DNA from: Felis catus
Taxonomy: Eukaryota
Direction: 5' to 3'
NCBI RefSeq assembly: GCF_018350175.1
Contig: NC_058373.1
Span: 100,380,001 to 100,444,000 of the forward strand
Length of the DNA: 64,000 bases
The position numbers and the translations under genes were made by a program. Of this stretch, positions 62,831 to 64,000 are shown piece after piece. The first letter of the stretch is position 1, and every line of letters begins with the position of its first letter. The notes below the pieces were generated by a model. It ran no database searches. It was not told the DNA's origin and worked only from the letters and a program-made list of their open reading frames with translations.

Positions 62831-63940
62831 TCTGTAGTTTTAAAAATGAAAATTTCTAAAACCAAACTCATCTGTTTATTTTTTCTTGTGGACATAGGGA
62901 CCATCCTACTTATTGAAACACTTCACTTACTTGTAAGGGGCAAAGAATTTCTCAACCTTTTCTTCTATGAGTTAACAACCTGAATTTAAACTTTCATCAC
63001 AGTAATTTATTATCTATTGATTTGATGATCATTTTGTCACTTTTCTTAGAACCTTAAGCACATTGGCTACATTTTTTTTCAGAGTATAGTTGTCAAAACT
63101 AGATATAATGCTGTTTACCAAAGATCTAAATAATGCAGAGGAAAGGTGATTTTTTATTTATGGCCTAACCTTACAGAATCATGTTCAACTAATGCTCTGT
63201 GAGATTTTTACTCAATGTGAGCACACTCTGAAATTTTGATTAAATCTGTTGGGATTTTTTTTTTTTTTTTTGACTTAGAAAACAAATGAGGTCCACAAAG
63301 CTGTAGGCCTACACTGCTGAGCTTACCGTGCAAGGCAGAGTGAAGGAGAATACATCCTCTCTGCAGGCAGGCAGAGGCAGGAGAAGAGAGAAGTGGCCGA
63401 GGCAGGGATGCACAATGCCTTCAAAACTCACCATCACACCAGTCAGGCCTCCTCCTGTGGTGCAGAAAGAGGAAGGTAGGGGGGAAATACAGTTCCTACC
63501 TCAGAGAGTTGCTATGGGGACTAAATCTATCAATACATTGCAACTATTAATAAATGTTAAATTATTTTTATATTTACTATATATCCTATAATTATGAAAC
63601 ATAATATATAAGTACATGAAATTATATTAAATTACATTAAATTAAATAGGTTAAAGAAATTCAATTATACTATAAATATATAAATATTAATTCATTTAAT
63701 ATTAATTAAATAAACAAATACAGACAAAGCACTTAAAAGAGAGTTAGGCATATGGTATATGTTCCACAAATGTTAGATATCTTTATTTATTTTTGTATCT
63801 CCAGTATGTAGCACTGTGCCTACCACTTTTTAGATGTGTAGTCAATGTTTGTTCACTCATTCATTCAGTCATGTCCAACTTCCTATTGACTTGTTAGGGG
63901 AAAATTGCTTCTTATCCACTCCTCTGGTTTCTTTTTTTAC

Positions 63941-64000
<60 letters not shown>
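63941..64000. repeat. (TTTC)n tetranucleotide microsatellite running off the window edge
   Basis: Read directly. Confidence 0.97.

Noticed and set aside
65..63591. Most short ORFs in the supplied track (e.g. MAQSVKRPTSAQVMISRSVSSSP-type and Phe/Leu-rich ORFs)
   Set aside because: They are translations of Can-SINEs, L1 strands or microsatellites, with no splice-consistent gene structure.
63575..63720. Extremely AT-rich stretch
   Set aside because: Low-complexity sequence without clear periodicity or structure.
1..64000. tRNA genes suggested by A/B-box motifs; CRISPR or prokaryotic systems
   Set aside because: The A/B boxes are all Can-SINE heads; the DNA is mammalian with no repeat-spacer arrays or operons.

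Overview
Mammalian genomic DNA from a carnivore, almost certainly a felid: it carries about 35 tRNA-derived Can-SINEs of the SINEC_Fc type and carnivore L1 3' ends. The window holds the 5' part of FERMT2 (kindlin-2/MIG-2) on the minus strand. That includes a CpG-island promoter (~44.4-45.9 kb), a probable non-coding exon 1, the first coding exon (CDS 44677-44521) and the next coding exon (12264-12031) after a ~32 kb intron. The rest of the gene lies beyond the left edge, and ~18 kb of upstream intergenic DNA fills the right side. The remainder is mostly transposon-derived: L1, L2, a near full-length Tigger1 and a ~400 bp internal-deletion derivative, MER44, MER5A, MLT1 and ERVL-type LTRs. I found no novel multi-gene system. 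The best second-look items are: a ~300 bp inverted duplication upstream of the gene with a homogenised core; a probable L1 3' transduction with intact target-site duplications (TSDs) in intron 2; two candidate poison micro-exons in intron 2; a CArG+ETS serum-response element in the promoter; and several fold-back or tandem micro-rearrangements inside TEs. Repeat subfamily names are from recalled consensus sequences, and their boundaries are approximate.
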